Shown: positions 18,195 to 27,049 of the stretch, piece by piece
How the letters are laid out: each line of letters starts with the position of its first letter
Numbering within the stretch: position 1 is the stretch's first letter
Assembly: GCA_942492955.1 (NCBI GenBank)
Contig: OW818644.1
Span: forward strand, 1,439,541-1,503,540
Direction: 5' to 3'
DNA: 64,000 nucleotides
Source: an uncultured Methanomassiliicoccales archaeon
Lineage (GTDB): Archaea; Thermoplasmatota; Thermoplasmata; Methanomassiliicoccales; UBA472
Translations under genes and position numbers: made by a program
Notes under the pieces: model-generated
Databases searched by the model: none
Seen by the model: only the letters and a program-made list of their open reading frames with translations
What the model was told of the DNA's origin: nothing

Positions 18195-19301
18195 ATGAGC
18201 GCCTGGTTGGAGGATTCGTTTTCAATTGTGTTGCCCACTCTCAATGAGGGTGAGAACATCCTCCCGATGATGGAGGCACTCGACGAGCTCTATCCGAACG
18301 CCGGCATCATAGTGGTCGACGACCATTCGAAGGATGGCACCGCCCAGATCGCATTGGAATACGGAAAGCGAAGGGCAAAGGTCCAGGTCGTCCAGAGGGA
18401 TCCGAACGACCGAGGTTTGACCGCGTCGATCATGGACGGGATCATGCATGTCGACACCAAATATTTCGTCGTGCTCGATGCTGATTTCCAACATCCGCCG
18501 AGCTCGATCGCCGGGCTCGTCCAAAAGCTGATCGACGGAAATGATATGGCCATCGGCGTTCGGGAGGACAAGATGGAGCTTTCCTTCACCAGGAAGTGGG
18601 CATCGATCGCCGCCCACCAGATGGCGGCCTCATACCTGAGCGCCAAAAGGCAGCCGACCTCCAAGGACACCATGTCCGGATTCTTCGCTGGACGTTCAGA
18701 CCTGTGCCAAAGTGTCATCGAAAAGAAGGGTAACAAATTCGAGAGGGCCGGATTCAAAGGACTCTTCGATCTGCTCAAGTTCATACCCCGCGGCATCAAG
18801 ATCGCGGAGGTGGAGTTCAAGTTCAATTCCAGGAGGGCTGGCGAGTCAAAGCTGAGCTCCCGGGTGATACTGTCGATCATGAGGCAGTGCGGCATCGGTG
18901 GCAAAATTCTGGCATTAACTTCGATGTTCTTCCTGACGAACATGATCGGACGTTTCACCGCCGCCCTCGGGCTGGGGCTGCTGTTCACGTTCGGACTATT
19001 GGATTGGATCGGGGTCGGCATCACTTGGAACCCGACCCTCATAGTATCGACTATCGCCGCACTGATCCTCGCGGTCAGCTACATCGTTTTCGCCAACAAG
19101 GTCATGTTCACGCATGGCAGCCGGAAAGGGCTGCTCCTTGGAGCCAAGCTGGTGGCGACCGGGTTCAGCGGATACCTGATCAGCCTGTACATCATCTACA
19201 TCGCGTTCTCCACGATCACTGATATCCAGATGGTGTCCATTTTCTTCGGCTTCGGCGTCGGATACGCGTTCGACGCGATCGGTGCCAGCATCCACTCGTA
19301 A
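18195..19301 (+). CDS. GT2 polyprenol-phosphate glycosyltransferase (DPM1-like) with C-terminal TM domain
   Basis: IVLPTLNE.ENI, VDD.S.DGT, LDADFQHPP, D.MSGFF, R.AGESKL, followed by TM helices. Confidence 0.87.
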   Translation: MSAWLEDSFSIVLPTLNEGENILPMMEALDELYPNAGIIVVDDHSKDGTAQIALEYGKRRAKVQVVQRDPNDRGLTASIMDGIMHVDTKYFVVLDADFQHPPSSIAGLVQKLIDGNDMAIGVREDKMELSFTRKWASIAAHQMAASYLSAKRQPTSKDTMSGFFAGRSDLCQSVIEKKGNKFERAGFKGLFDLLKFIPRGIKIAEVEFKFNSRRAGESKLSSRVILSIMRQCGIGGKILALTSMFFLTNMIGRFTAALGLGLLFTFGLLDWIGVGITWNPTLIVSTIAALILAVSYIVFANKVMFTHGSRKGLLLGAKLVATGFSGYLISLYIIYIAFSTITDIQMVSIFFGFGVGYAFDAIGASIHS

Positions 19302-19305
19302 GAGC

Positions 19306-20250
19306 TCAGCCCTTGGCTTGGTTGCTGACCACCAGTTTCATGGCGTCAAAATATCCCTTCAGATAAGAACGGAAGGCGCCCTTCGATTTCTGAGCTGAGA
19401 TGATCAGGAAATAATAGGGGACCAGGATGAACGTCTGACCCATGATGCATGAGATCCGGGAAGCCCCGCGTTTCCGCTTCTTGACCATGAGCAGCATGTT
19501 CCTGCTGTAGTAATAGGCACGGAACGGGGTCATGATGTTGGAACCGCCTATGCCCGTGGAAAGGGACACCTTATGATACACGATCGTGTCGGGGATGTAC
19601 CAAGAACCGTAACCGCGCTCTTTGGCCCGAATGCAGAAATCGATGTCCTCGCCGTAGATGTTGTATTGCTCGTCAAACAGGCCGATGGTCCGGAAGAGAT
19701 CGGCCTTGACCAGGATCGAGCAGCCGGTGATGTAGTCCTGTTCGCTCTCCACCCCCTTGCCGTCATTGATCCTATCCATTCCCGGATGTTTCGAATAACC
19801 CAACCATTGGTTGAAGGAACCACCGGAGAACCAGATGCGGTCGGAGTTATGATAGAGTATCTTGGGAGAGACCAGTCCCGCTTCCGGATGTCTGTCCAAG
19901 GCTTCCTTGAGGTTAGCAATGAACTTGCCCTCGCCGATGGCGTCGTTATTGATCACCAAGACATGCGTGGCACCCCTATCGAGTGCCATCTGGATGCCTT
20001 TGTTCACGCCCCTGACATAGCCCTCGTTGGTCGGGTTGATTATCAGGGATGCGGAAGGAAGCGCACGGCGCATCTTTTCCACGGAACCGTCGACTGAACC
20101 ATTATCAACGACCACCAGGCCGATATCGTCATATCCGCCGGAGAGGATTGACCTGGCACATTCGATGGTGTCGTCAGGCCGGTTCCAGTTCACGGTGACG
20201 GCGAACAGTTTGACCCACGGGGCCATGAGGTAGGGATGGTTGGGTTGCAT
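19306..20250 (-). CDS. Glycosyltransferase family 2 (WbbL/rhamnosyltransferase-like)
   Basis: VTVNWN, VDNGS.DGS, N.GY..G.N.G, NNDA, GLFDE.Y..YGEDIDFC.R. Confidence 0.87.
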   Translation of the reverse strand: MQPNHPYLMAPWVKLFAVTVNWNRPDDTIECARSILSGGYDDIGLVVVDNGSVDGSVEKMRRALPSASLIINPTNEGYVRGVNKGIQMALDRGATHVLVINNDAIGEGKFIANLKEALDRHPEAGLVSPKILYHNSDRIWFSGGSFNQWLGYSKHPGMDRINDGKGVESEQDYITGCSILVKADLFRTIGLFDEQYNIYGEDIDFCIRAKERGYGSWYIPDTIVYHKVSLSTGIGGSNIMTPFRAYYYSRNMLLMVKKRKRGASRISCIMGQTFILVPYYFLIISAQKSKGAFRSYLKGYFDAMKLVVSNQAKG

Positions 20251-20312
20251 TTTAATTTAATTGGACTAAAAGTACGCAATTATAAAAAGGACAGGCACGA
20301 ATAGTTTTTGTA

Positions 20313-20699
20313 ATGACGCTAAAGCAGTTCGATGTGATCGTTCAGGACAAGCCCGGCGAGGTCGCACACATCGCTGAGGCGCTAGCGAAAGGAGCGGTAA
20401 ACATAAGAGGCATCGCGACAGAACGCGCAACGAGCCCCCTATTGCACATCATAACCGACGATGACATGAGCACCAGGAAGACCCTGGCCAACGCCGGTTT
20501 CCAGTTCAAGGAGAAGGATATTTTCGTGGTCGGCATCCAGAACAAACCGGGTGAACTGGCCAAGCTAACCAAGAAACTTGCCCGAGGCGGGGTCAACATC
20601 GACTCACTGTTCATCCTGGCCGCTGGATCAAGCCAGACCGAGATCGCCATCGGAGTTGACAGACCGGAAGAGGCCCGGAAGCTCCTCGACTACTCTTGA
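20313..20699 (+). CDS. Tandem ACT-domain protein
   Basis: Two repeats: V.DKPGEVA.IAEALA...NI and I.NKPGELAKLT.KLA..GVNI. Confidence 0.85.
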   Translation: MTLKQFDVIVQDKPGEVAHIAEALAKGAVNIRGIATERATSPLLHIITDDDMSTRKTLANAGFQFKEKDIFVVGIQNKPGELAKLTKKLARGGVNIDSLFILAAGSSQTEIAIGVDRPEEARKLLDYS

Positions 20700-21586
20700 T
20701 ACGGTTTCACGTCCACCGATTGGTTCAACGATATCACGATGACCGACAGGAGGATCAATCCACCGCCAGCCGCAGTGGCCACGGTGGGCATCTCCCCCAG
20801 CAGCAGGATCGCGAACAGAATGCCGAACACGATCTCGACCAGCAGGATCACCGAGCTCATGGTGGCCCCCAGCCGTTTCAGACCTACGGAATAGAGCACG
20901 AACGCCAATGCCGTGCAGAACACGCCGGCATACACTGCGGCCAGTATCCCGGTGGATTCAATGCTGTAGTCGTGTGTCAGGAACAGCATTATCGGGACCA
21001 GGAAGACCGCCGTCTCGATGATGACGGCACCGGTGGCCGAGGCGAGCAGCTTGGTGCTGTGGAGCTCCCTGGTCAGGAGCACGACATAGAACGCCCACAA
21101 TATGCCGGCACCGAACACCAGCATGTTGCCCTCGAAGGATCCACTGAAGATCGCAGTCAGATCTCCGTTCGTGGAGATGACCACGACCCCGGCCAGACCA
21201 ACGAACAGCCCGACCGCCATCCACCGGTTCAGCCTCTCCTTAAGAACGAACACTGCCAGTATCGCGATGAAGATCACATTGATATCGATCAGTAGGACGG
21301 TATTTGTGGCGCTGGTCAAGGTCATGCCAATGTTCTGGAACAGCATTGCGATGGCGTTCAAAAATGCGATAATCCATAGACCCTTGAGCCTGAGCACAGA
21401 AAAGTCGAACTGTCTCATCGCCACCAGGGCTAGGAAAATGGCCATCGCGCCGAAAACAAAGCGGAGGGCAGAGAAAAGCACGGGGTCCATGTGATCCACG
21501 CCAATTTTTACGGCAGCGAACGACGTGCCCCATAAGACACCAGCCACGACCATTATCAGCTCGTAGCGCCGGCCCGCTAGACTCAC
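20690..21586 (-). CDS. DMT/EamA family transporter
   Basis: LWGTSF, R..FGA, about 10 TM helices, LKERL, WAFY, LGE.PT. Confidence 0.9.
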   Translation of the reverse strand: MSLAGRRYELIMVVAGVLWGTSFAAVKIGVDHMDPVLFSALRFVFGAMAIFLALVAMRQFDFSVLRLKGLWIIAFLNAIAMLFQNIGMTLTSATNTVLLIDINVIFIAILAVFVLKERLNRWMAVGLFVGLAGVVVISTNGDLTAIFSGSFEGNMLVFGAGILWAFYVVLLTRELHSTKLLASATGAVIIETAVFLVPIMLFLTHDYSIESTGILAAVYAGVFCTALAFVLYSVGLKRLGATMSSVILLVEIVFGILFAILLLGEMPTVATAAGGGLILLSVIVISLNQSVDVKPYQE

Positions 21587-21630
21587 GTCTCGGGCGTAAC
21601 CTTTCTGACTATTTATGGTCTGGGCGAGTA

Positions 21631-22725
21631 CTACATCTCAGGCAGCGACTTCCCCTCGAGCGATGACGGCCCCTCCAATCTAACATCGTCCCCCAGGACC
21701 GAATCGGTCAGCGAGACACCCGGTCCGATCACGCATCCCTCGCCCAGGATGCTTCCCCTGAGGATGGCGCCGGCCCCGATCTGGCACCGGTCGAGCAAGA
21801 GGGAATCTTCCAGGATGGCCCCCTCACCCACCATCGATTCCTTCCCGATGGCGCTCCGGGTCGTGGACGATCCCTTTGCTAATTTGGCACCGGTACCAAT
21901 GTACACTGGCCCGAATATCTTGGCACCCTCGGCGGTGAAACCCGACCCGGCGATCTTACCCTTGCAGAGCGCCCCCCGGATCGTGACGTTCTGACCGCGC
22001 CTCTCCGCCAGGTCGATGTTCGCCTGGAACAGGTCCTTCGGTCGGCCGATGTCCTTCCAGTATCCCTTCAGAGGCGAAGCGTAAAGTGCCTTTCCCTGCT
22101 GCAGCAGGTCGGGGAAGAGGTTCTTGGAGAAATCGTATTTGGCACCGGCCGGTATGTGGTCCAGCGCCTCCGGTTCCAGGACATAGGTGCCAGCGTTGAT
22201 GACGTTGGAGAACACCTCTTCCGGCTTGGGTTTCTCTTTGAACCGCTCGATCCTTCCTTCCGCGTTCACGCCGACGATGCCGAACTGCTCCGGTCTTTCC
22301 ACCTCGGTCAATGCCATGGTCACGAAGGCGTTCCTCTCCCGGTGAAGGCCGATCAGGTGACCCAGGTCCGCGTCGGTGAGGGTGTCGCCGCTGCCGACAA
22401 CGAACGTCCCGTGGAGCTTGTCCTGCAGGAGCTTGACCGCACCTGCCGTGCCCATGGGCGTCTCCTCGTAGGCGTAGACGATCTTCGCCCCGTAGTGGGT
22501 CGCATCCCCCAGGCTCTGCACTATGTCTTGCGAGCGGTAGCCGCAGGCTATGAATATCTCGTCCACGCCCGCCGACGCCAGGGAATTGATGACGTACTCG
22601 ATGCACGGCCTTCCCAGCACCGGGAGGAGCGGTTTGGGCCTGGTGTTGGTCAATGGCTTTAGCCTTGTCCCTTCCCCTCCGGCCATGATCACGGCCTGCT
22701 TAACTTCTTCCTTCCGGTCTGCCAT
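21631..22725 (-). CDS. Sugar-phosphate nucleotidyltransferase (NDP-sugar synthase) with left-handed beta-helix
   Basis: AVIMAGGEGTRLKPLT..RPKPLLPV, GTAGA, F.EKP, YW.DIG, hexapeptide tail. SD GGAGGT. Confidence 0.92.
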   Translation of the reverse strand: MADRKEEVKQAVIMAGGEGTRLKPLTNTRPKPLLPVLGRPCIEYVINSLASAGVDEIFIACGYRSQDIVQSLGDATHYGAKIVYAYEETPMGTAGAVKLLQDKLHGTFVVGSGDTLTDADLGHLIGLHRERNAFVTMALTEVERPEQFGIVGVNAEGRIERFKEKPKPEEVFSNVINAGTYVLEPEALDHIPAGAKYDFSKNLFPDLLQQGKALYASPLKGYWKDIGRPKDLFQANIDLAERRGQNVTIRGALCKGKIAGSGFTAEGAKIFGPVYIGTGAKLAKGSSTTRSAIGKESMVGEGAILEDSLLLDRCQIGAGAILRGSILGEGCVIGPGVSLTDSVLGDDVRLEGPSSLEGKSLPEM

Positions 22726-22759
22726 CTTCGAACCTCCGCTATGCTCGTTGATTCTCAAT

Positions 22760-23632
22760 TCAATGTGAAACGCTAAGCTTGACCACGTTCTGATCCTTCT
22801 TTGCTCCGATCGCATCCGCCACCGGTCTGCATTTGGTGCGCATCAAGTAGGCGACCCTGGGATACCTTTGGTCCGAGAGCGACTCGAAGTTCGCCATACC
22901 CTTGGAGATTATCAGGTCGGCTTTCTCCATTTCCGCGCGGAGCGCCTGTCCGATCAGCCCGGTGTCGATGCCGATGGCGAACGACCCCGTGGTCATCGTC
23001 TCATCGAACACTTTATCCATGCCAGTGGTGCTCAGGTCGGCCTCTGTCACGTCGGTCAGTATGGGCTCACCTTTGGCCACGCCGATCACCCTTACCCCCA
23101 TGCCCTTCAGCTCGTTCACGAGCAGGCGGTCGAAAACGATCTCGCCGCAATTGTCCATGAGATAGACGACCGTGCTGCCCTTGACCAGAAGTTCCCTCAT
23201 CTTGTCCACGTCGTTAACGCCCAGACCTTGGCCCACCAAAGAATCGAATTCGCGGCTCAGGTCCTCCGGTTCATCGTAACCGATGCCGAGCCCGAAGTCG
23301 AGCACATTCCCGATGATCGACATCAAGCACGCCGCCTCCAGCCGGTCGGATGAGTTCATGACGAAAGCCTCTGCCCGGGGATAGAGGGACTGAGCGATCT
23401 GGTTGGCCCTCTTCTTCAGTTCGGAGTATGGATCGTTGCTTCCGATGGCGTCATACACCGCGCGGTGCACCTTGGTCGCAATGGACGCAGAATTGACGCC
23501 AGGACGGAATCCGCTGGCCAATATCTTCACGGCGACCGACATCGCCTCGTCCTTGAAGGCCGGATCGACCAGCTCTGTCTCGAATAGGACCCGGTTGAGC
23601 AGACAGGGGACGCAGTCGGCTGCTATTTGCAT
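22760..23632 (-). CDS. ARMT1-like/DUF89 damage-control phosphatase
   Basis: DCVPCL, DPY..LK, IGNVLDFG, DNCGEIVFD, IISKGMANFESL, KC.PVA. Confidence 0.9.
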   Translation of the reverse strand: MQIAADCVPCLLNRVLFETELVDPAFKDEAMSVAVKILASGFRPGVNSASIATKVHRAVYDAIGSNDPYSELKKRANQIAQSLYPRAEAFVMNSSDRLEAACLMSIIGNVLDFGLGIGYDEPEDLSREFDSLVGQGLGVNDVDKMRELLVKGSTVVYLMDNCGEIVFDRLLVNELKGMGVRVIGVAKGEPILTDVTEADLSTTGMDKVFDETMTTGSFAIGIDTGLIGQALRAEMEKADLIISKGMANFESLSDQRYPRVAYLMRTKCRPVADAIGAKKDQNVVKLSVSH

Positions 23633-23718
23633 ACTCCCCCGTAACTTATGAAGCCTGATTAACTCTTCGAACGATCAACAGGAAAAATTGAAAAAATAAA
23701 CGGTTTGGCCATGGGCGT

Positions 23719-23778
23719 TTATTTCTTTCCGCATCCGCAGCCGCACTTCTTGTCCTTCTTTACTTCCTTCTCTGCCAT
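23719..23778 (-). CDS. Unannotated 19-aa microprotein MAEKEVKKDKKCGCGCGKK
   Basis: Strong SD GAGGTGA upstream, TATA-like TTAAAAA near 23826-23832, and T-rich tracts after the stop. Fills an otherwise empty intergenic gap. Confidence 0.7.
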   Translation of the reverse strand: MAEKEVKKDKKCGCGCGKK

Positions 23779-23915
23779 ATTCAAATCACCTCTTTTGGGT
23801 TTAAGTTAGTCACATCTCATCCCCTTTTTAAGCTTACGCCCCGAACCTTCGCTATTTCCGTACCCAGACCGTTTAACGCAATTCTTTAATTAGGCCAGAC
23901 CCGCTATCGAGGGCA

Positions 23916-26111
23916 ATGGCCGAGAGCATCATCCTTCGTGTCGCCAGGGCACATCATCAGTCAGAGGTAGGTTTGGGACGTGCCCGTATCGACGGCAAGA
24001 CCCGCAAGGACCTGGCGGTCGAGGTTGGCGACATCATCGAGATCGTCGGGAAGCGGAGCACTGCCGCAAAGGTGTTCCGGGCCGCCCAGGAGGATGAGGC
24101 CAAGGGCATCATCCGGATCGACGGTATGATCCGTTCGAACGCTGTGGTATCGATCGGGGAGAAGGTCACCGTCAAGAAGGCCGAGTCGCTACCGGCCACA
24201 AGGGTCACGGTCGCCCCGAAGATCCCGTCCGGCAAGCATGTCCGTTTCGGTACCGGCGTAGAGGACCTTTTCCGCAAGGGACTAACGTCAAGACCGCTCG
24301 TCAAGGGCGACGAGATCATAATTCCTAACATCGCGCTCATGGGCGGTTTCCTGCCCTTCACCGTCGTTACGACCGTACCACAGGGCATTGTGGTGGTCGG
24401 GGACCATACCGAGCTCGTGGTCAAGACGGAGACCATCGAGACCAAGGAGACCGTGGCGCCGTCCGTCACCTATGATGACGTGGGCGGACTGGAAGGAGAG
24501 ATGCAGCGCATCCGGGAGATGATCGAGCTCCCGCTGAAGCATCCCGAACTGTTCGACCGCCTAGGGATAGACGCCCCGAAGGGAGTGCTGCTCTATGGGC
24601 CACCAGGCACCGGAAAGACGCTCCTGGCCAAGGCCGTCGCCAATGAGGCAGGGGCGAGCTTCTATTCCATTCAAGGCCCGGAGATCATTTCCAAGTACTA
24701 CGGGCAGAGCGAAGAGAAGCTCCGGGAGAAGTTCGAGGAGGCGGAGAAGAACGCACCCTCCATCGTTTTCATCGACGAGCTGGATTCGATCGCGCCGAAG
24801 CGGGAGGACGTCTCCGGCGAGGTGGAACGACGCGTGGTAGCGCAATTGCTCACGTTGCTGGATGGCATGTCCGGAAGAGGTCAGGTCATCGTTATCGGTG
24901 CCACCAATCGGGAGGACGCCATCGATCCGGCATTGAGGAGACCAGGTCGCTTCGATCGCGAGATAGAGATCGGCGTTCCCTCGAGAGAAGGACGCAGGGA
25001 GATCTTGGAGATCCATACCAGGGGCATGCCGCTGTCGGATGGGTTCGACATCGAGAAGTATGCCAACGCCACCCATGGATTCGTGGGGGCGGATTTGGCG
25101 GCTCTAGCCCGGGAAGCGGCCATGAAATGCCTGGGCCGTTTGGTTCCAGAACTGGATCTGGACAAGGCCATCCCAGTGGCGATCCTGGAAAAGGTCAGGG
25201 TGACTGAACAGGACTTCGACGACGCGCTGAAGGAGGTGGAGCCGAGCGCGATGCGCGAGGTGCTGATAGAGGTGCCGCACGTTACCTGGAACGACGTGGG
25301 GGGGCTCGAGGACGTCAAGACCCAGCTCAAGGAGATGGTGGAGATGCCGATGGAGAGGGGCGACTCCTTCAAGCGCATGGGGATCAGGCCGGCGAGGGGC
25401 ATATTGCTCTACGGACCGCCAGGCACCGGAAAGACGCTTCTGGCCAAGGCCGTCGCCAACGAGTCGAAGGCCAATTTCATATCCATCAAGGGCCCGGAGA
25501 TCATGAGCAAGTGGGTCGGCGAATCAGAGAAAGCGATCCGCCAGGCATTCAAGAAGGCGAAGCAGGTGGCTCCGGCGATCGTGTTCCTGGACGAGATCGA
25601 CGCCATCGCCCCCAGGCGCGGCGGGGGATCGGAGAACGGTGTGACGGAACGTGTCGTCAACCAGCTGCTCACGTCGATTGACGGCATGGAGTCCATGGAG
25701 GGCGTCACCGTGATGGCCGCCTCCAACCGGCCGGACATCATCGACTCGGCGCTTCTCAGGCCGGGACGTTTCGACCGGCTCATCCTGGTCCCGTTGCCGG
25801 ATGACGAGGCACGCAAGAGCATCCTGGGCATCCACACCAAGGCCATGCCTCTGAAGGAAGTTGACCTGGATCGACTGGTCGACGCGACCGAGGGTTACGT
25901 CGGAGCAGACCTGGAGAACCTTTGCCGTGAAGCGGCAATGACCGCCCTGAGAGAAGATCCGGAGGCCGTCTCCGTCGAACAGAGACACTTCGAGAAAGCG
26001 CTGAAGGTCGTGAAAGCCTCCGTCGATAAGGACGCCATGAAGTTCTACGACAACATGGGAAAGGCGCTGGACAAGAAGAGGGCCGGCTGGGATGAAGGGA
26101 TTTACCGGTGA
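23916..26111 (+). CDS. cdc48: CDC48/VAT-family AAA+ ATPase
   Basis: N-domain, two GPPGTGKT Walker A and DELD/DEID Walker B motifs, RPGRFDR twice. Confidence 0.96.
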   Translation: MAESIILRVARAHHQSEVGLGRARIDGKTRKDLAVEVGDIIEIVGKRSTAAKVFRAAQEDEAKGIIRIDGMIRSNAVVSIGEKVTVKKAESLPATRVTVAPKIPSGKHVRFGTGVEDLFRKGLTSRPLVKGDEIIIPNIALMGGFLPFTVVTTVPQGIVVVGDHTELVVKTETIETKETVAPSVTYDDVGGLEGEMQRIREMIELPLKHPELFDRLGIDAPKGVLLYGPPGTGKTLLAKAVANEAGASFYSIQGPEIISKYYGQSEEKLREKFEEAEKNAPSIVFIDELDSIAPKREDVSGEVERRVVAQLLTLLDGMSGRGQVIVIGATNREDAIDPALRRPGRFDREIEIGVPSREGRREILEIHTRGMPLSDGFDIEKYANATHGFVGADLAALAREAAMKCLGRLVPELDLDKAIPVAILEKVRVTEQDFDDALKEVEPSAMREVLIEVPHVTWNDVGGLEDVKTQLKEMVEMPMERGDSFKRMGIRPARGILLYGPPGTGKTLLAKAVANESKANFISIKGPEIMSKWVGESEKAIRQAFKKAKQVAPAIVFLDEIDAIAPRRGGGSENGVTERVVNQLLTSIDGMESMEGVTVMAASNRPDIIDSALLRPGRFDRLILVPLPDDEARKSILGIHTKAMPLKEVDLDRLVDATEGYVGADLENLCREAAMTALREDPEAVSVEQRHFEKALKVVKASVDKDAMKFYDNMGKALDKKRAGWDEGIYR

Positions 26112-26623
26112 AGAATATGGCCGTCACTAAGAAACCTGCCGCTGCGCCAGCGAAAGATGAGCACAAAGAACTGGTCAGCATCATGATGAAACACGGGTTC
26201 GGAGAACCGGACCTGCGGCTCAGGAAGGACCGGTTGGAGCGTGCCATGAAGCACCCGATCGAAGAGGCTGAAGCTGCCTTCTCGCTCCTCAGTGAACTGC
26301 TGACCACCGCTGAAACGATAAAGGACAAGGTATCGCTGTACTTCGGTATGGCCGAGATCGTCCATCTTCGAGGGGAGGACCCCTCGCAACCGCTCAAGGC
26401 TATGCACCAGACCGAACTGACCACGTTCAAGGACCTCGGATTCCGGTTGGTACGGGTGGAGGTTTCCAAGGACGCCTGCCTGGAGTGCAAGAAGCTCTCC
26501 GGCAATGTCATCTCCATCGAGGAGGCCTTGAAGTTGAACACGCTTCCGCACCGTGCCTGCAAGCACGATGTGAGGAGGGGGGGCGGACTCTGCCGTTGCC
26601 GGTTCCTGGCCGAATTCGGTTGA
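26108..26623 (+). CDS. Hypothetical protein with C-terminal CxxC...PHxxC...CRC motif
   Basis: Start overlaps the cdc48 stop (GTGA). CLECKKLSG...LPHRAC...CRCRF. Confidence 0.7.
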   Translation: MKNMAVTKKPAAAPAKDEHKELVSIMMKHGFGEPDLRLRKDRLERAMKHPIEEAEAAFSLLSELLTTAETIKDKVSLYFGMAEIVHLRGEDPSQPLKAMHQTELTTFKDLGFRLVRVEVSKDACLECKKLSGNVISIEEALKLNTLPHRACKHDVRRGGGLCRCRFLAEFG

Positions 26624-26709
26624 TTCCCGTGTCTGAAGGGTCAAAAACCTAATATATGGAACAACCCATTTTACGGCTAATATTTCCGATTACTAGGGGA
26701 TGCGCTATA

Positions 26710-26955
26710 ATGAGAAAATTCATCACAGAGCTCAAGGGAAAGACCGTTATGACCAATGACGGCCAGATCCTAGGAATGATTGATAACTTCGTTCTCGAGA
26801 ACACCACCGGTGGCATCAACCATGTGCTCGTCATCCCCGCTGAGGAGATCGATGCCAGGCTGTTCCGCAGCGATGCCCAGGGCAGGATCATCCTCCCGTT
26901 CAGCGAGATGCGCGATGTCCGCGACGTCGTCGTCATGAACGTCTCCAGGGCGTAA
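26710..26955 (+). CDS. PRC-barrel protein (CdpB2-like)
   Basis: LKGKTVMTNDG..LG.I.N.....TG.I...V.P...D..GRI.LP...V.DVVV. Confidence 0.8.
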   Translation: MRKFITELKGKTVMTNDGQILGMIDNFVLENTTGGINHVLVIPAEEIDARLFRSDAQGRIILPFSEMRDVRDVVVMNVSRA

Positions 26956-27049
26956 ACTTCCTTCTTGTCGGGGCGCCCACGCGCCCTCTCATTCTTCATC
27001 TAATAATTCCGCAATTCATCGATTTCTTATGAAAGAAGGGGCGGGCCTT

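Noticed and set aside
24590-25460. Near-identical ~45-bp sequence at about 24600 and 25420
   Set aside because: These are the two conserved Walker A motifs of CDC48 D1 and D2, not a mobile repeat.
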